NCBI GenBank assembly: GCA_023380635.1
Contig: JAMCRP010000001.1
Coordinates: forward strand, 109,305 to 173,304
Direction: 5' to 3'
Origin: Patescibacteria group bacterium
Lineage (GTDB): Bacteria > Patescibacteriota > Microgenomatia > JAMCZE01
DNA length: 64,000 bases
Shown here: one piece after another, positions 20,487-30,559 of the stretch
Layout of the letters: each line of letters opens with the position of its first letter
Position numbering within the stretch: the stretch's first letter is position 1
Notes under the pieces: model-generated
What the model saw: only the letters and a program-made list of their open reading frames with translations
Told to the model about the DNA's origin: nothing
Database searches by the model: none
Translations under genes and position numbers: made by a program

Positions 20487-20551
20487 TTTATCTATTCTTC
20501 TGTCTTTTTATAAATCCTATCAAGAGGGACAAAGTAGCTCAAACGAGCACA

Positions 20552-20920
20552 CTACAGGGTGATATTTTCAAAATGCTCTAGGCTATCAATCGCTTCGTCG
20601 CTTTTTAGAGTAATGGCGATTACATCAATCTGGGGCGACAAACTTGTGTTGGGGTATTGGTTATAATAGAAATCCACCATCTTCTTAAGTTCGTGTAGCT
20701 TTCCGGGAGTAATAGCTTCACCGGGTCGGCCAAACTCGTCGCCGATTCTAGTTTTGACTTCAACAAAGACTAAAGTGTCTCGGTGTTGAGCCAAAATATC
20801 CACTTCGCCATATTGCTTTGCCCGGAAATTTCGCTCAATAATCTGGTATCCCTTCTTCAGAAGGTAATTGGAGGCAATTTCTTCACCCAGCTGACCTATC
20901 CTCTTGTTCTCTCCGTCCAC
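20552..20920 (-). CDS. yraN: YraN family (UPF0102) protein
   Basis: GQLGEEIA, ERNFR, GEVDI, LVFVEVKTR. Confidence 0.9.
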   Translation of the reverse strand: MDGENKRIGQLGEEIASNYLLKKGYQIIERNFRAKQYGEVDILAQHRDTLVFVEVKTRIGDEFGRPGEAITPGKLHELKKMVDFYYNQYPNTSLSPQIDVIAITLKSDEAIDSLEHFENITL

Positions 20921-20923
20921 TTG

Positions 20924-21217
20924 TTAGGCCACTGCCCTGGTCACTTCTTTCGGAGTTAAATTGCGCAAATAATAAAGTTTCGCCCGCCGCATGGTTCCGG
21001 CCTTTTTCTTCACTTCAATTTTTTCAATCCAGGGAGAATCAACAGACCAAATTCTTTCCACCCCAACGCCATCGGAAATTTTCCGAACAGTAAAGGTTTT
21101 GGCGGTTTTATTAATCGCCAGCACAATTCCTTCAAAAACCTGAAGTCGAGTTTTCTCCCCTTCCACAATTTTTTGAGAAACGCGGATGGTATCGCCAACG
21201 CGAAACGCAATATCCAT
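20924..21217 (-). CDS. rplS: 50S ribosomal protein L19
   Basis: [31 protein letters not shown]. Confidence 0.95.
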   Translation of the reverse strand: MDIAFRVGDTIRVSQKIVEGEKTRLQVFEGIVLAINKTAKTFTVRKISDGVGVERIWSVDSPWIEKIEVKKKAGTMRRAKLYYLRNLTPKEVTRAVA

Positions 21218-21259
21218 ACCTACTTATTTTAGCAGACTAGCCGGATTTACTCAACTAGT

Positions 21260-21469
21260 TCAATCTCCTTGAGGCTCCCGGTTTTGAATTTCCAAAATTG
21301 CCGGTAGTTCCTCCGGTCGATTTGTTGCCTTAATCAAAACTGGCGGCCAGAGAATTTCGTCGCCGTCGATATGATCAACATCAATAATTGGTTTTTTCTC
21401 TACTGCTTCAATTTTCACTCTTTTCACCTCCTTTCCGGCCATAAAAAAATCCCTTATTGGGAGGGACAA
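21260..21469 (-). CDS. Small hypothetical protein
   Basis: ORF filling the dnaE-rplS gap; start may be 21442. Confidence 0.4.
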   Translation of the reverse strand: MSLPIRDFFMAGKEVKRVKIEAVEKKPIIDVDHIDGDEILWPPVLIKATNRPEELPAILEIQNREPQGD

Positions 21470-21492
21470 GGATGAACCCCTGGAAATACAGT

Positions 21493-24400
21493 CTAGCCGA
21501 CTTTTTTCATGGTGTCAACGATGAGCGAAAGTTTTCCGTCACGGTTATCTACTCTTCCGGTACAGATAATCACATTATTTTCCACACATAAATCCTTTCC
21601 GAAGCTGGCGTAAAGTTTGGGGAAAATCACACAGTCCAGTTTGGTGCCATCCCGCCCGGTTAGAGTCATAAAAGCCATTTCGTCATTATTCTTTTTGGTT
21701 AAAACTTTCCTGGTGCTGGTTACCATGCCGCCGGTGGTGACGGTTTTGTTAACATGCAGATCCTCAGAAAGCTCTCCGATTTCATGAGTAATCAGGTCGA
21801 CGATTTTCTCCAGAGCTTTTTGGGCCGGGTGTTCAGACAGATAAAACCCCAGATATTCCCTTTCCCACAAAAGGAGTTCTTCTTTTGGCCGTTCTTCCAC
21901 ATCCGGCAACTCGAAAGAAACAGATTCCTTTTTTTCTTCATCAGTTTTATCTCCGGTATCGAACAACCCCGTTTGTCCTGAACTAATTTGTTTGGCCAGT
22001 TTATGACTTTCGGAAATGACTTTCTCCAATGATTCCAGCATGGCCGACCTTTTGCCAAACTGGTCCATCGCTCCGGCTTTAATTAAGCTTTCCAGGGTTT
22101 TTTTATTCACTTTTTGCAAATCAACTCGCCGGGCAAAATCTGACAACGATCGGAACGGTTCCTCCAAGTCTCTGGCCTTAAGAATACTATCAATGGCTGC
22201 CGCCCCGACATTTTTAATGGCGGAAAGGCCAAAACGGATCGACCGGCCCTCAATATTAAACTCCGTTCCGGATTTGTTAATATCCGGGGGCAAAACGGGG
22301 ATTTTCATCCGCCGGCATTCCTCAATGCACATTTGGATCTTTTCGTCTTTGGTGTCGCCGGTGTTACCCCGGCTCTCGGCCGTCAGCATGGCAGTCATAT
22401 ATTCGACAGGGTAGTGATATTTCATGTAGGCTGTTTCGTAGGCAATCATGCCATAATCAGCACTGTGGGCCTTGTTAAAACCATAGGCGGCAAACTTTTC
22501 GATCAACGCAAAAATCTTGTCTGCCAGGTCGCCGCTGTAACCGTTTTTAACCATCCCGGCCTTAAGTTTTTCACCCTCAACTTTCATTAGCTCCGGCTTC
22601 TTTTTTCCAATGGCTTTGCGGAAACCATCCGCTTCCGCCATGGTGTAGCCACCCATCGCATGGGCAATTTCCATAGCCTGCTCTTGATAAATAATAAAGC
22701 CGTAAGTTTCTTCCAGAATTGGTTTAAGATCTTCATGAAGATAGCGCACTAATTCCGGGTGTCTCTTGGCTTTAACAAAATCCGGAATAATTTCCAGCGG
22801 GCCCGGTCGATAGAGGGCAACCATAGCGCCAAGATCAGAAATAACCGAAGGTTGTAAATCCTTAGCCAGCTTTCGCATTCCGCCGGATTCCAATTGAAAC
22901 ACGCCGGTGGTGTCTCCCCGGGCAATCATGGCGTAAACTTCTTTATCGTCCAGGGGAATTTTTTCTAGATTAATTTTTTTGCCGGTATTTTCCTCCACAA
23001 ATTTCAAAGCCTGACCTAAAATCGTTAAATTGCGTAAGCCTAAAAAATCCATTTTCAACAACCCCACTGCGTGTTTGCTGGCATTAAGATCCAGGGCATA
23101 CATATCATATTGAGTGATCACTTTGCCCCCCTTAGGATCAAGTTGCAAGGGCACATATTCCGTTAAAGATTTATCGGAAATAATTACCCCGGCGGCATGA
23201 ACCGAAGCGTGCCGGGCAACGCCCTCTACTTTTTTGGCCATATCGATTATCTTTTTGGTATCTTCTTCGTTATCGTAAGCCGCCTTTAGTTCTGCATTTG
23301 TTTCCAGTGCCCGATCAATATACATAGGGAACCCCTGGCTGCCCGGCGGAATCATTTTTGACAGCCGGTCGCCGACGGCATACGGGTAGCCAAGCGCCCG
23401 GGCCACATCCCGCACGGCCGCTTTGGCTTCCATAGTCCCGAAAGTAATAATCTGGGCCACTTTATCCGCGCCGTATTTCTGTCGAACATAATCCAGCACT
23501 TTCTCCCGCCCGTCATCGGCCAAATCCATGTCGATATCCGGCGGGCTGGGCCGTTGTTTATGCAAGAATCTTTCAAACGGCAATTTGTACAACAAAGGAT
23601 CGATCGTCGAAATGCCCAGAATATAAGAAATAATGGAGCCAGCTCCGGAACCGCGGGCGTTACGCATGACACCGTTATTCATGGCCCAATTGGCAAAGTC
23701 GGAAACAATTAAAAAATATGACGAATAGCCCATGCTTTCAATGATGTCCATTTCGTGCGCAATTCTAGCCGTCACATCCGCCGTTACCTCCGGATAGCGG
23801 TTATACACTCTTTCCTCTACCAGTTTTTCCAAGTAGGAATCCATGGTCTCGCCCCCCGGCAGCGGAAAATGCGGAAAAATATATTTATCCATCGGGATAT
23901 CCAAATCGACCATATCGGCAATCTTCAAAGTATTCTCCAAAGCGTCCGGATATTGAGCAAAACTTTTACTCATTTCCTCGGGAGACTTGAAATAGAAATC
24001 CGGAACATCAATCATCGACATGGGCCGATCCTTATCCAGCCAGGTTTTTTGCGTTTGGATACATAGAAGTGTTTCTTGACCGTCAGCGTCCTCTTTTTTG
24101 GTGTAGTGAGAATCATTGGTAGCCACCAGGGGAATACTTAATTTGCGCGACAGCTTAGCAAGCTTTTCATAAGTCTCGTTAATTTTTTCCAGACCCGGAT
24201 GGTGTTGAATTTCCAGATAAAAGTTGCCTTCCCCGAAAATCTTTTGGTAACGCAGGGCTATTTCTTCCGCCTTTTTCCAGTCATCCTTCTCCAGCGCTTT
24301 CCCGATCATGCCCAGATTACAGGCGGAAGTAGCAATGATTCCTTCGTGATATTTTTCTAAAACCTCCCAATCGATTCTCGGTTTGTAATAAAATCCCTCA

Positions 24401-24729
24401 AGATGTCCGGCGGTGACGATTTTCATCAAATTTTTATAACCGTTCAGATTTTTGGCTAAAAGAATTAAGTGGTACTGGTCGCGTCCGGAACCGGATCGGT
24501 CTAGACGGCTTTTTTCGGCCTGATAGGCTTCCACTCCAAGAATGGGTTTTATCCCTGCTTCCTTGGCGGCCAGGTAAAATTTAATCGCTCCGTACATGGT
24601 TCCGTGATCGGTAATCGCCAAGGCGGGCATTTCCCATTCTTTAGCCCGGGCCAGGAGATCCTTAAACTTGCTTAAACCATCCAGAAGCGAGTATTCCGAG
24701 TGGGTATGAAGAGAAACATAATTAGCCAT
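21493..24729 (-). CDS. dnaE: DNA polymerase III alpha subunit
   Basis: PHP HTHSEYSLLDG, RGSGAGS, PDIDMD, YGFNKAH, C-terminal OB fold. Confidence 0.97.
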   Translation of the reverse strand: MANYVSLHTHSEYSLLDGLSKFKDLLARAKEWEMPALAITDHGTMYGAIKFYLAAKEAGIKPILGVEAYQAEKSRLDRSGSGRDQYHLILLAKNLNGYKNLMKIVTAGHLEGFYYKPRIDWEVLEKYHEGIIATSACNLGMIGKALEKDDWKKAEEIALRYQKIFGEGNFYLEIQHHPGLEKINETYEKLAKLSRKLSIPLVATNDSHYTKKEDADGQETLLCIQTQKTWLDKDRPMSMIDVPDFYFKSPEEMSKSFAQYPDALENTLKIADMVDLDIPMDKYIFPHFPLPGGETMDSYLEKLVEERVYNRYPEVTADVTARIAHEMDIIESMGYSSYFLIVSDFANWAMNNGVMRNARGSGAGSIISYILGISTIDPLLYKLPFERFLHKQRPSPPDIDMDLADDGREKVLDYVRQKYGADKVAQIITFGTMEAKAAVRDVARALGYPYAVGDRLSKMIPPGSQGFPMYIDRALETNAELKAAYDNEEDTKKIIDMAKKVEGVARHASVHAAGVIISDKSLTEYVPLQLDPKGGKVITQYDMYALDLNASKHAVGLLKMDFLGLRNLTILGQALKFVEENTGKKINLEKIPLDDKEVYAMIARGDTTGVFQLESGGMRKLAKDLQPSVISDLGAMVALYRPGPLEIIPDFVKAKRHPELVRYLHEDLKPILEETYGFIIYQEQAMEIAHAMGGYTMAEADGFRKAIGKKKPELMKVEGEKLKAGMVKNGYSGDLADKIFALIEKFAAYGFNKAHSADYGMIAYETAYMKYHYPVEYMTAMLTAESRGNTGDTKDEKIQMCIEECRRMKIPVLPPDINKSGTEFNIEGRSIRFGLSAIKNVGAAAIDSILKARDLEEPFRSLSDFARRVDLQKVNKKTLESLIKAGAMDQFGKRSAMLESLEKVISESHKLAKQISSGQTGLFDTGDKTDEEKKESVSFELPDVEERPKEELLLWEREYLGFYLSEHPAQKALEKIVDLITHEIGELSEDLHVNKTVTTGGMVTSTRKVLTKKNNDEMAFMTLTGRDGTKLDCVIFPKLYASFGKDLCVENNVIICTGRVDNRDGKLSLIVDTMKKVG

Positions 24730-24791
24730 GATTTATCTTCCTGCGATACTTTAACAAACTGCTTAAAATCCCACAAGAGGAACAACAAAAT

Positions 24792-25649
24792 TTATCGGCT
24801 AATGTTTTTTAATTTCTTGCTATGCTGCAATTCAATGTCCAGCGGATCATATATCTTGGATCCAAGCTCTTGTGGGGAATCAATAATCGTTTCCGGATGA
24901 GAAAATACCTTCGCTCCATAACTGAGAGTAACTTTCGGTATTGGAGCCATTAATTCACTCTGGCTCCTGGCATTTCGATTATAACGGTCCATCACCGAGT
25001 CGGTTACTAAACTGTTTAGGAAACCCGCAATTTCCTCCAGGCGTTTTAGTCCGACCTTCTGAGGGTCCCGATTGCCATAGTCACTTATAGTGAGAAGTAA
25101 TACAAATTCATCCCCCATTGGTCGGGCAATCAGATCAAAGGGAGTTCGAATTAAGGTATTTGTCAAAGAAACAATTTCCTGCAGGATCACATCAGCCTTG
25201 CTATGAGACAGTTTATCGTCATACCACTTAAATCGATCCACATCGAGCATAGCCATAGCATAATAATATGGCGATGGGCGATGTTCAACATCGGGCGGAT
25301 ATCGCTGAAAGATTCGGCAAAGAGCCTCGTCCAACCCTCTTTTACTTAAGGCTCCAGTCAGATAATCAGTTCGCGATTCTTTTTCTGCCTCGATTCTGTT
25401 ATCTGAGCTGCGAAGAGCTGCGTCGAAACAAGCAGCTAAGACAACATAATTGTCCCGTAAAAAGCCGTCAGGCTTAATCAGTCCGTGATTTCGGAAAACA
25501 CTGCAGTTTTCACGAAACTCCTCGTTAATGATTGTCCGAAATTTAGGATTAGCCCTAAAGGTCTTAGTCAGGTCAGCAATTCTTTCGCTTTGTTCCGGCA
25601 AGAAATATTTTCCAAGGCTGTTAAAAGTACCCAATAGTTCTCTGCTCAT
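24792..25649 (-). CDS. GGDEF-domain protein (degenerate)
   Basis: TDYLTG, LDVDRFK, ARPMGDEF, VTLSYG. Confidence 0.8.
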   Translation of the reverse strand: MSRELLGTFNSLGKYFLPEQSERIADLTKTFRANPKFRTIINEEFRENCSVFRNHGLIKPDGFLRDNYVVLAACFDAALRSSDNRIEAEKESRTDYLTGALSKRGLDEALCRIFQRYPPDVEHRPSPYYYAMAMLDVDRFKWYDDKLSHSKADVILQEIVSLTNTLIRTPFDLIARPMGDEFVLLLTISDYGNRDPQKVGLKRLEEIAGFLNSLVTDSVMDRYNRNARSQSELMAPIPKVTLSYGAKVFSHPETIIDSPQELGSKIYDPLDIELQHSKKLKNISR

Positions 25650-26938
25650 GAAAGCTTTCTTCGCAGCAGGTCGGAGATGACATTGATGTCTGCCTTGATT
25701 TTAGTCCGGGCCTGGCCGATTAGGAAACCAAGAACCTGAGTCTTTCCGGTTTTGTAATCGGCCACTGCTTTGGAGTTTTGGGAAATTATTTCATTGATAA
25801 TTTTTTCCAGCTCGGCAGTGTCGACAGCGGCCACCACTTTGACTTGGGCAATCTTTTGCACCAACTGTGCCGGAACCATTTGGGCCATGTCCACTTTCTT
25901 ATTAATAATCCAATTGGCCACCTCCTTAGTTGAGATCTCTCCTATATCCCGCATTTCTCCCATGACCCTTACCGCTTCTTCAAAGAAATCCGCAGTAGCT
26001 TTCTCTTCGGTCAGTTGTATCGCATCATAGTTATTTAGTCCATATTCTTTCTTAAACCTTTCAAATTTGGCATCCGGCAACTCCGGAATTTTTTCTTCGA
26101 TCTTTTTTATATCTTCTATCTTAAATTTTACTTCCGGAATATCCGGTTCCGGGAAATAGCGATAGTCATGGGCCTCTTCTTTCTCCCGCTGGGGGACTGT
26201 GGCGTTTTTTGCTTCGTTCCAGCCCCTTGTCTGTTGCGGCACTTTCTCTCCTTTTTCCATCAATTCTGTTTGTCTTTTAATCTCGTATTCCAATGCTTTT
26301 CTGGCAAACCGGAAAGAATTAATATTCTTCAGTTCTACTCTGTAATTTGGCAATTTACCATCCGGCGACATGGAAATTGACGGTTCCAATCTCATGCTTC
26401 CCTTTTCCATATCGGCGTTGGAAATGCCCAGGTAGCGGATAATTTTTTGCAGCTTTTTCAGGTATTCATCCACTTCCTCAATCGACCGGAAGTCCGGCTC
26501 GGTTACAATCTCGACCAGAGGTACTCCGCTGCGATTAAAATCCACCAGCGTCATTCCGTCAGTGTGTTGCAGCTTCCCCGTATCTTCTTCCAAATGCACT
26601 CTTCTTATGCGAATGTTTCCGGCTTTCCCCCATTCCCCAAACGGTTTCTCGTATTGGGTAATTTGGTAGCCCTTTGGAAGATCCGGGTAGAAATAATTTT
26701 TCCTGTCAAAATGCGATTCCAAATTAATTTTGCAACCCAATGCCTGGGCCAACATAATCGTCCACTCGACAGCCTTCTTATTCGGAACAGGCAAAGCCCC
26801 CGGCAGACCTAAACACACGGGACAGGTATGAGTGTTAGGTTCCACGCCAAAATGTTCCGCACTGCACCCGCAAAACATTTTGCTTTGTGTTGCCAGTTCT
26901 ACATGAACCTCTAAACCAATAATCGGCTGATACTTCAC
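25646..26938 (-). CDS. gatB: Asp/Glu-tRNA amidotransferase subunit B
   Basis: IGLEVHVEL, FDRKNYFYPDLPKGYQI, YRYFPEPD. Confidence 0.97.
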   Translation of the reverse strand: MKYQPIIGLEVHVELATQSKMFCGCSAEHFGVEPNTHTCPVCLGLPGALPVPNKKAVEWTIMLAQALGCKINLESHFDRKNYFYPDLPKGYQITQYEKPFGEWGKAGNIRIRRVHLEEDTGKLQHTDGMTLVDFNRSGVPLVEIVTEPDFRSIEEVDEYLKKLQKIIRYLGISNADMEKGSMRLEPSISMSPDGKLPNYRVELKNINSFRFARKALEYEIKRQTELMEKGEKVPQQTRGWNEAKNATVPQREKEEAHDYRYFPEPDIPEVKFKIEDIKKIEEKIPELPDAKFERFKKEYGLNNYDAIQLTEEKATADFFEEAVRVMGEMRDIGEISTKEVANWIINKKVDMAQMVPAQLVQKIAQVKVVAAVDTAELEKIINEIISQNSKAVADYKTGKTQVLGFLIGQARTKIKADINVISDLLRRKLS

Positions 26939-28293
26939 AGTTTTGGTTTCTCCTTATGCCAGTTAGTTACTCTCTCAAACTCTTCAGCAATATTTAAAAT
27001 TAACTCTTCGCTCCACATTGATCCAATCAGTTGCATACCAACCGGTAGGCCATTAACAAAACCGCAAGGTACACTGATTCCCGGCAGCCCGGCCAGACTG
27101 CTCGGCTCAACTAAAATGTCAGCCAATTCCCCAAACATACTTTGCCCTTTGCTGGCCCCGACTTTCAAAGCCACACTCGGAGAAGTCGGCGCCAATATCA
27201 AATCAACCTTTTCAAAAGTCTTCTCAAAATCATCAACGATTAGAGTTCTCACTTGTTGGGCCTTTTTGTAATAGGCATCATAATAGCCTGCGGACAAAGT
27301 GTAGGTTCCCAGCATTATCCGTCGTTTATTTTCCTCATTAAAAAAGCTTCTGTCTCGTCCGAAACGGACCCCGTCAAATCGTTCGAGATTAGAGGAAACC
27401 TCCGCCCGTTGGACAATAGTGTAATCAGAAATCGCATATCGCGGGTCAAACATAGAAATATCAACTAATTTCGCTCCCAACTTCTCCAGCTCTCTAGCTG
27501 CAGCCCTTACAGTTTCATTAATGCCTTTTTGTGCTTCTGCCCGGAAATATTCTTTTGGCAAACCTATCTTTAATCCTTTAATCCCCTTACTACCCCCACT
27601 GTCCCCGTCTTTTGTGGTAGCGTCCATGGGGTCGACTCCTCTAATCCAGTTGTATACAATCCTCGCATCGCCGACAGTTTTTGTAATTGGGCCAGGGGAA
27701 TCTGTAGACGAACACATAGCGATTAAGCCATAGCGGCTGACACGACCATAAGTCGGCTTAAGTCCTACCACTCCGCACCAAGCTGCTGGTTGGCGAATTG
27801 ATCCGGCTGTTTCCGAACCGAGAGCATAAATCGTTTCGTCAGCAGCCACAGCCGCAGCTGATCCGCCGGATGATCCTCCCGGCAAATGGGTCAAATTCCA
27901 GGGATTTTTTGTTGATCCAAAATCAGAAGTTTCGGTCGAGGAACCATGAGCGAACGCGTCCATGTTTGTCTTTCCCAAAATAACTCCACTGTTTTCTCTC
28001 ACTTTTCTAACCACGGTCGCATCATAAGGCGGTATATAGCCACAAAGAATCTTCGAGGAAGCAGTCGTTTCCAATCCGACCGTATTGAAATTATCTTTTA
28101 TAGCCACCGGAATCCCCACGGGCAGTTCCATAGCTTCCGTCTCAACCCGACTGTTCCGAGCTAAGAAAGCACGAACCCGATCATCGACTTGATTAATGCG
28201 TGCCACACACTCTTTCACCAGATCAACACTGGTAAATTTTTTTTCCTTCAGCCCATTTAGAGCTTGTGAAAGATTTAATTGATTTAATCCCAT
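26935..28293 (-). CDS. gatA: Asp/Glu-tRNA amidotransferase subunit A
   Basis: Amidase signature GGSSGGS, GSIRQPA, RRIMLGTY. Confidence 0.96.
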   Translation of the reverse strand: MGLNQLNLSQALNGLKEKKFTSVDLVKECVARINQVDDRVRAFLARNSRVETEAMELPVGIPVAIKDNFNTVGLETTASSKILCGYIPPYDATVVRKVRENSGVILGKTNMDAFAHGSSTETSDFGSTKNPWNLTHLPGGSSGGSAAAVAADETIYALGSETAGSIRQPAAWCGVVGLKPTYGRVSRYGLIAMCSSTDSPGPITKTVGDARIVYNWIRGVDPMDATTKDGDSGGSKGIKGLKIGLPKEYFRAEAQKGINETVRAAARELEKLGAKLVDISMFDPRYAISDYTIVQRAEVSSNLERFDGVRFGRDRSFFNEENKRRIMLGTYTLSAGYYDAYYKKAQQVRTLIVDDFEKTFEKVDLILAPTSPSVALKVGASKGQSMFGELADILVEPSSLAGLPGISVPCGFVNGLPVGMQLIGSMWSEELILNIAEEFERVTNWHKEKPKL

Positions 28294-28592
28294 ATCGCTT
28301 TAACTACAAAAAAGCCGTTCTTAGTTAACTTGGCGTTTTTCAGCGCGTCCTCTTGAGTTAGGCCGGCTCTAACTTCGTCTTCGCGCAGTTTATTTTCTTG
28401 GTGGCCCGTCTGATAAGTTGGAGAAACCCTGGCCGTATCAATCTGGTTAAGATTTTCAACGTAATCCAAGGTCTCGGAAAGTTTTACTTGAAAGTCTTCG
28501 GCCTCTTTTTCTAAAAGCGGCAAATCGGCCAGTTTAGCCACATGTTTCACCTCGTCGATTGTTAATATTTTATTTTTATTCATATCACTCAT
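28284..28592 (-). CDS. gatC: Asp/Glu-tRNA amidotransferase subunit C
   Basis: EVKHVAKLA, LRED, position before gatA. Confidence 0.92.
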   Translation of the reverse strand: MSDMNKNKILTIDEVKHVAKLADLPLLEKEAEDFQVKLSETLDYVENLNQIDTARVSPTYQTGHQENKLREDEVRAGLTQEDALKNAKLTKNGFFVVKAIWD

Positions 28593-28597
28593 ATCCC

Positions 28598-29299
28598 TTA
28601 GTTCCCATATTTCTTAACAACAAAATCATGCGCCTGCCATTCCAACTTATCGTCCAATTGCTCTAATTCTATCTTTTTCTTATACTTGACCTCAAGTGCC
28701 GTCTTGATAAGCCAATCGGCGATATGCGGGTTCTTGGGTAAAAACGGCCCATGAGAATAGGTGGCCAGGCAATTCTTGTATATTGCTCCTTCCGTTTTAT
28801 CCTCACCGTTATTACCGTAGCCCCTTATTACCTTCGCAAATGGTTTCACCCCCGGACCCAAATATGTCCTCCCTCCATGGTTCTCGAAACCAACTATAGT
28901 ATCTTGACCTGTTTGTATCTTGTATCTTGTATCTTGTATCTTAGCAATAAGATTTCCGATCAACCTTTTTTCGCCTCGGGGAAATTTTGTTTCCATATCA
29001 AAAATTCCCAGAAAGGGTCTGCCCAGAAGCTGCGGAGCCCCGCAAACGAACAACCCCGGTACTCCCCGTTCGATCATATTTTGGAGAACACTTTTTTTAC
29101 TCATTAGGTCCTTCATCACGATTTCCTGTTGCCGATCCTGCGCTCCTCCGCCGAAAACTAGATCCGCGCCTTCGGGTTCGTTTTGGATATTTACGCTTAT
29201 ATTTCGCCACTGCGCTCGTTTTTGCAAACAAATAATATTCCCCCGGTCCCCATAGGTGGACATAAGTTCCGGATACAACCAGCAGATGTTTAAATTCAT
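28598..29299 (-). CDS. gatD: Lipid II isoglutaminyl synthase glutaminase subunit (CobQ-like)
   Basis: YGDRGN, VCG cysteine, GFENH, HGPFLPKNP; follows murT. Confidence 0.88.
   Translation of the reverse strand: MNLNICWLYPELMSTYGDRGNIICLQKRAQWRNISVNIQNEPEGADLVFGGGAQDRQQEIVMKDLMSKKSVLQNMIERGVPGLFVCGAPQLLGRPFLGIFDMETKFPRGEKRLIGNLIAKIQDTRYKIQTGQDTIVGFENHGGRTYLGPGVKPFAKVIRGYGNNGEDKTEGAIYKNCLATYSHGPFLPKNPHIADWLIKTALEVKYKKKIELEQLDDKLEWQAHDFVVKKYGN
28913..28940. repeat. Perfect heptamer array TTGTATC x4 inside gatD
   Basis: Directly visible; encodes KIQDTRYKIQ. Confidence 0.95.
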
Positions 29300-30540
29300 A
29301 GAATTTTTCTCCCGGTTAAAATCTTTCTTACCTCTAACATAGCCGAATATGTGGCTAATACCCAGACTGCGTCTTTAAGTCCTTCTTTTAGGTCTGTGTG
29401 AATCCGTAATAAATCTGAGTTAATCCCCGCATACTTCAGCCGCAAGGCCAAATCATAGACCCTGTCGCCGCCTACATTAATTGGGAAACTCCATTTTTGT
29501 AGCATCTCGAAGTCTACATCCCAAATCCAGCTTATATCCTGGCCGTCGGGAATCCGATCGTTTAAAACCAGGTATAGCGGCCCCTTCCGTGAGGATCCGA
29601 TGACCGTCCGCAGGGATTCGTTAAAGCCAGCCGGATTTTTTGATAGGAGAATTTTTACTCCTCTAATTTCTTCACTCCTTCCAAACGCCGGTTCAAATTT
29701 AGAAAAATCCGGATTTTTGATTCCCAGCTCTTCGGCTGCGAGCTTTGCTGCCAGAACATTATAGAAATTATATGTGCCTTCCAGTCCTTCGACCCTCTCA
29801 GTTTCCTTGATATTTAAATCGTTGATATTTAAATCGTTTTTCGGATGTCTCAAGCCGCACTTAGGACACTGCCATTCACCCAAATGTGACAGGTAGGTTC
29901 CCGCAAATTCCAGCCGGCTGCCGCATTTGGGACAATAAATCGAATCGGTAGCATGCTGCATTTCCGGCAAGTAGTATTTTTTATCACCCAGCCCGAAGTA
30001 CCTCACTTCGCCGGAGTAGTTTTTCCCGATCCAGGCCAACTGCGGGTCATCCGCGTTGACTATTAAGGTATTTTCATAAAGGGCCAGGGCCGCCTGCCAC
30101 CTTTTGGCAACCGTATCTACTTCGCCGTAACGGTCCAGCTGATCGCGGAAAAGATTAAGAAGAATAATTATCTGCGGACTAACCTGTTCCAAAACCAACG
30201 GCAAATTATTTTCATCAACCTCTAAAAGATAATATTTTCCCGACCTTTGCTGGAGAATACTGCCGGCGATGCCATTAAGGAGATTGGCACCGCTGCTATT
30301 AATAACTGTCCTTTTTTCCCCCAAGACGCTTCGTAAAAACTTAGTGGTCGTAGTCTTGCCGTTTGTCCCGGCAATTAGAATAATCTTGGCCTCTTTGGGC
30401 AGGAGCTTCGGCAATAGCTGCGGGTCAATTTTTAACGCCACTTCCCCGGCCCAGGTTACCCCGGCTCCCAAACCGAAAGTTTTACTAAGAAGAGAGACGG
30501 TCTTTCCGGAAAATATCGCCAAAGAGGTTTGCATGCCCAT
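29296..30540 (-). CDS. murT: Lipid II isoglutaminyl synthase Mur-ligase subunit
   Basis: GTNGKTTT, NLFRDQLDRYGE, two CxxC, KNPAG, DISWIWDVDFE, TYSAM. Start 30540 or 30534. Confidence 0.9.
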   Translation of the reverse strand: MGMQTSLAIFSGKTVSLLSKTFGLGAGVTWAGEVALKIDPQLLPKLLPKEAKIILIAGTNGKTTTTKFLRSVLGEKRTVINSSGANLLNGIAGSILQQRSGKYYLLEVDENNLPLVLEQVSPQIIILLNLFRDQLDRYGEVDTVAKRWQAALALYENTLIVNADDPQLAWIGKNYSGEVRYFGLGDKKYYLPEMQHATDSIYCPKCGSRLEFAGTYLSHLGEWQCPKCGLRHPKNDLNINDLNIKETERVEGLEGTYNFYNVLAAKLAAEELGIKNPDFSKFEPAFGRSEEIRGVKILLSKNPAGFNESLRTVIGSSRKGPLYLVLNDRIPDGQDISWIWDVDFEMLQKWSFPINVGGDRVYDLALRLKYAGINSDLLRIHTDLKEGLKDAVWVLATYSAMLEVRKILTGRKIL

Positions 30541-30559
30541 ACATTCTACATCCTCAGCT

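Noticed and set aside
29807-29836. 15-bp duplication TTGATATTTAAATCG x2 in murT
   Set aside because: A simple two-copy in-frame duplication that ordinary slippage explains.
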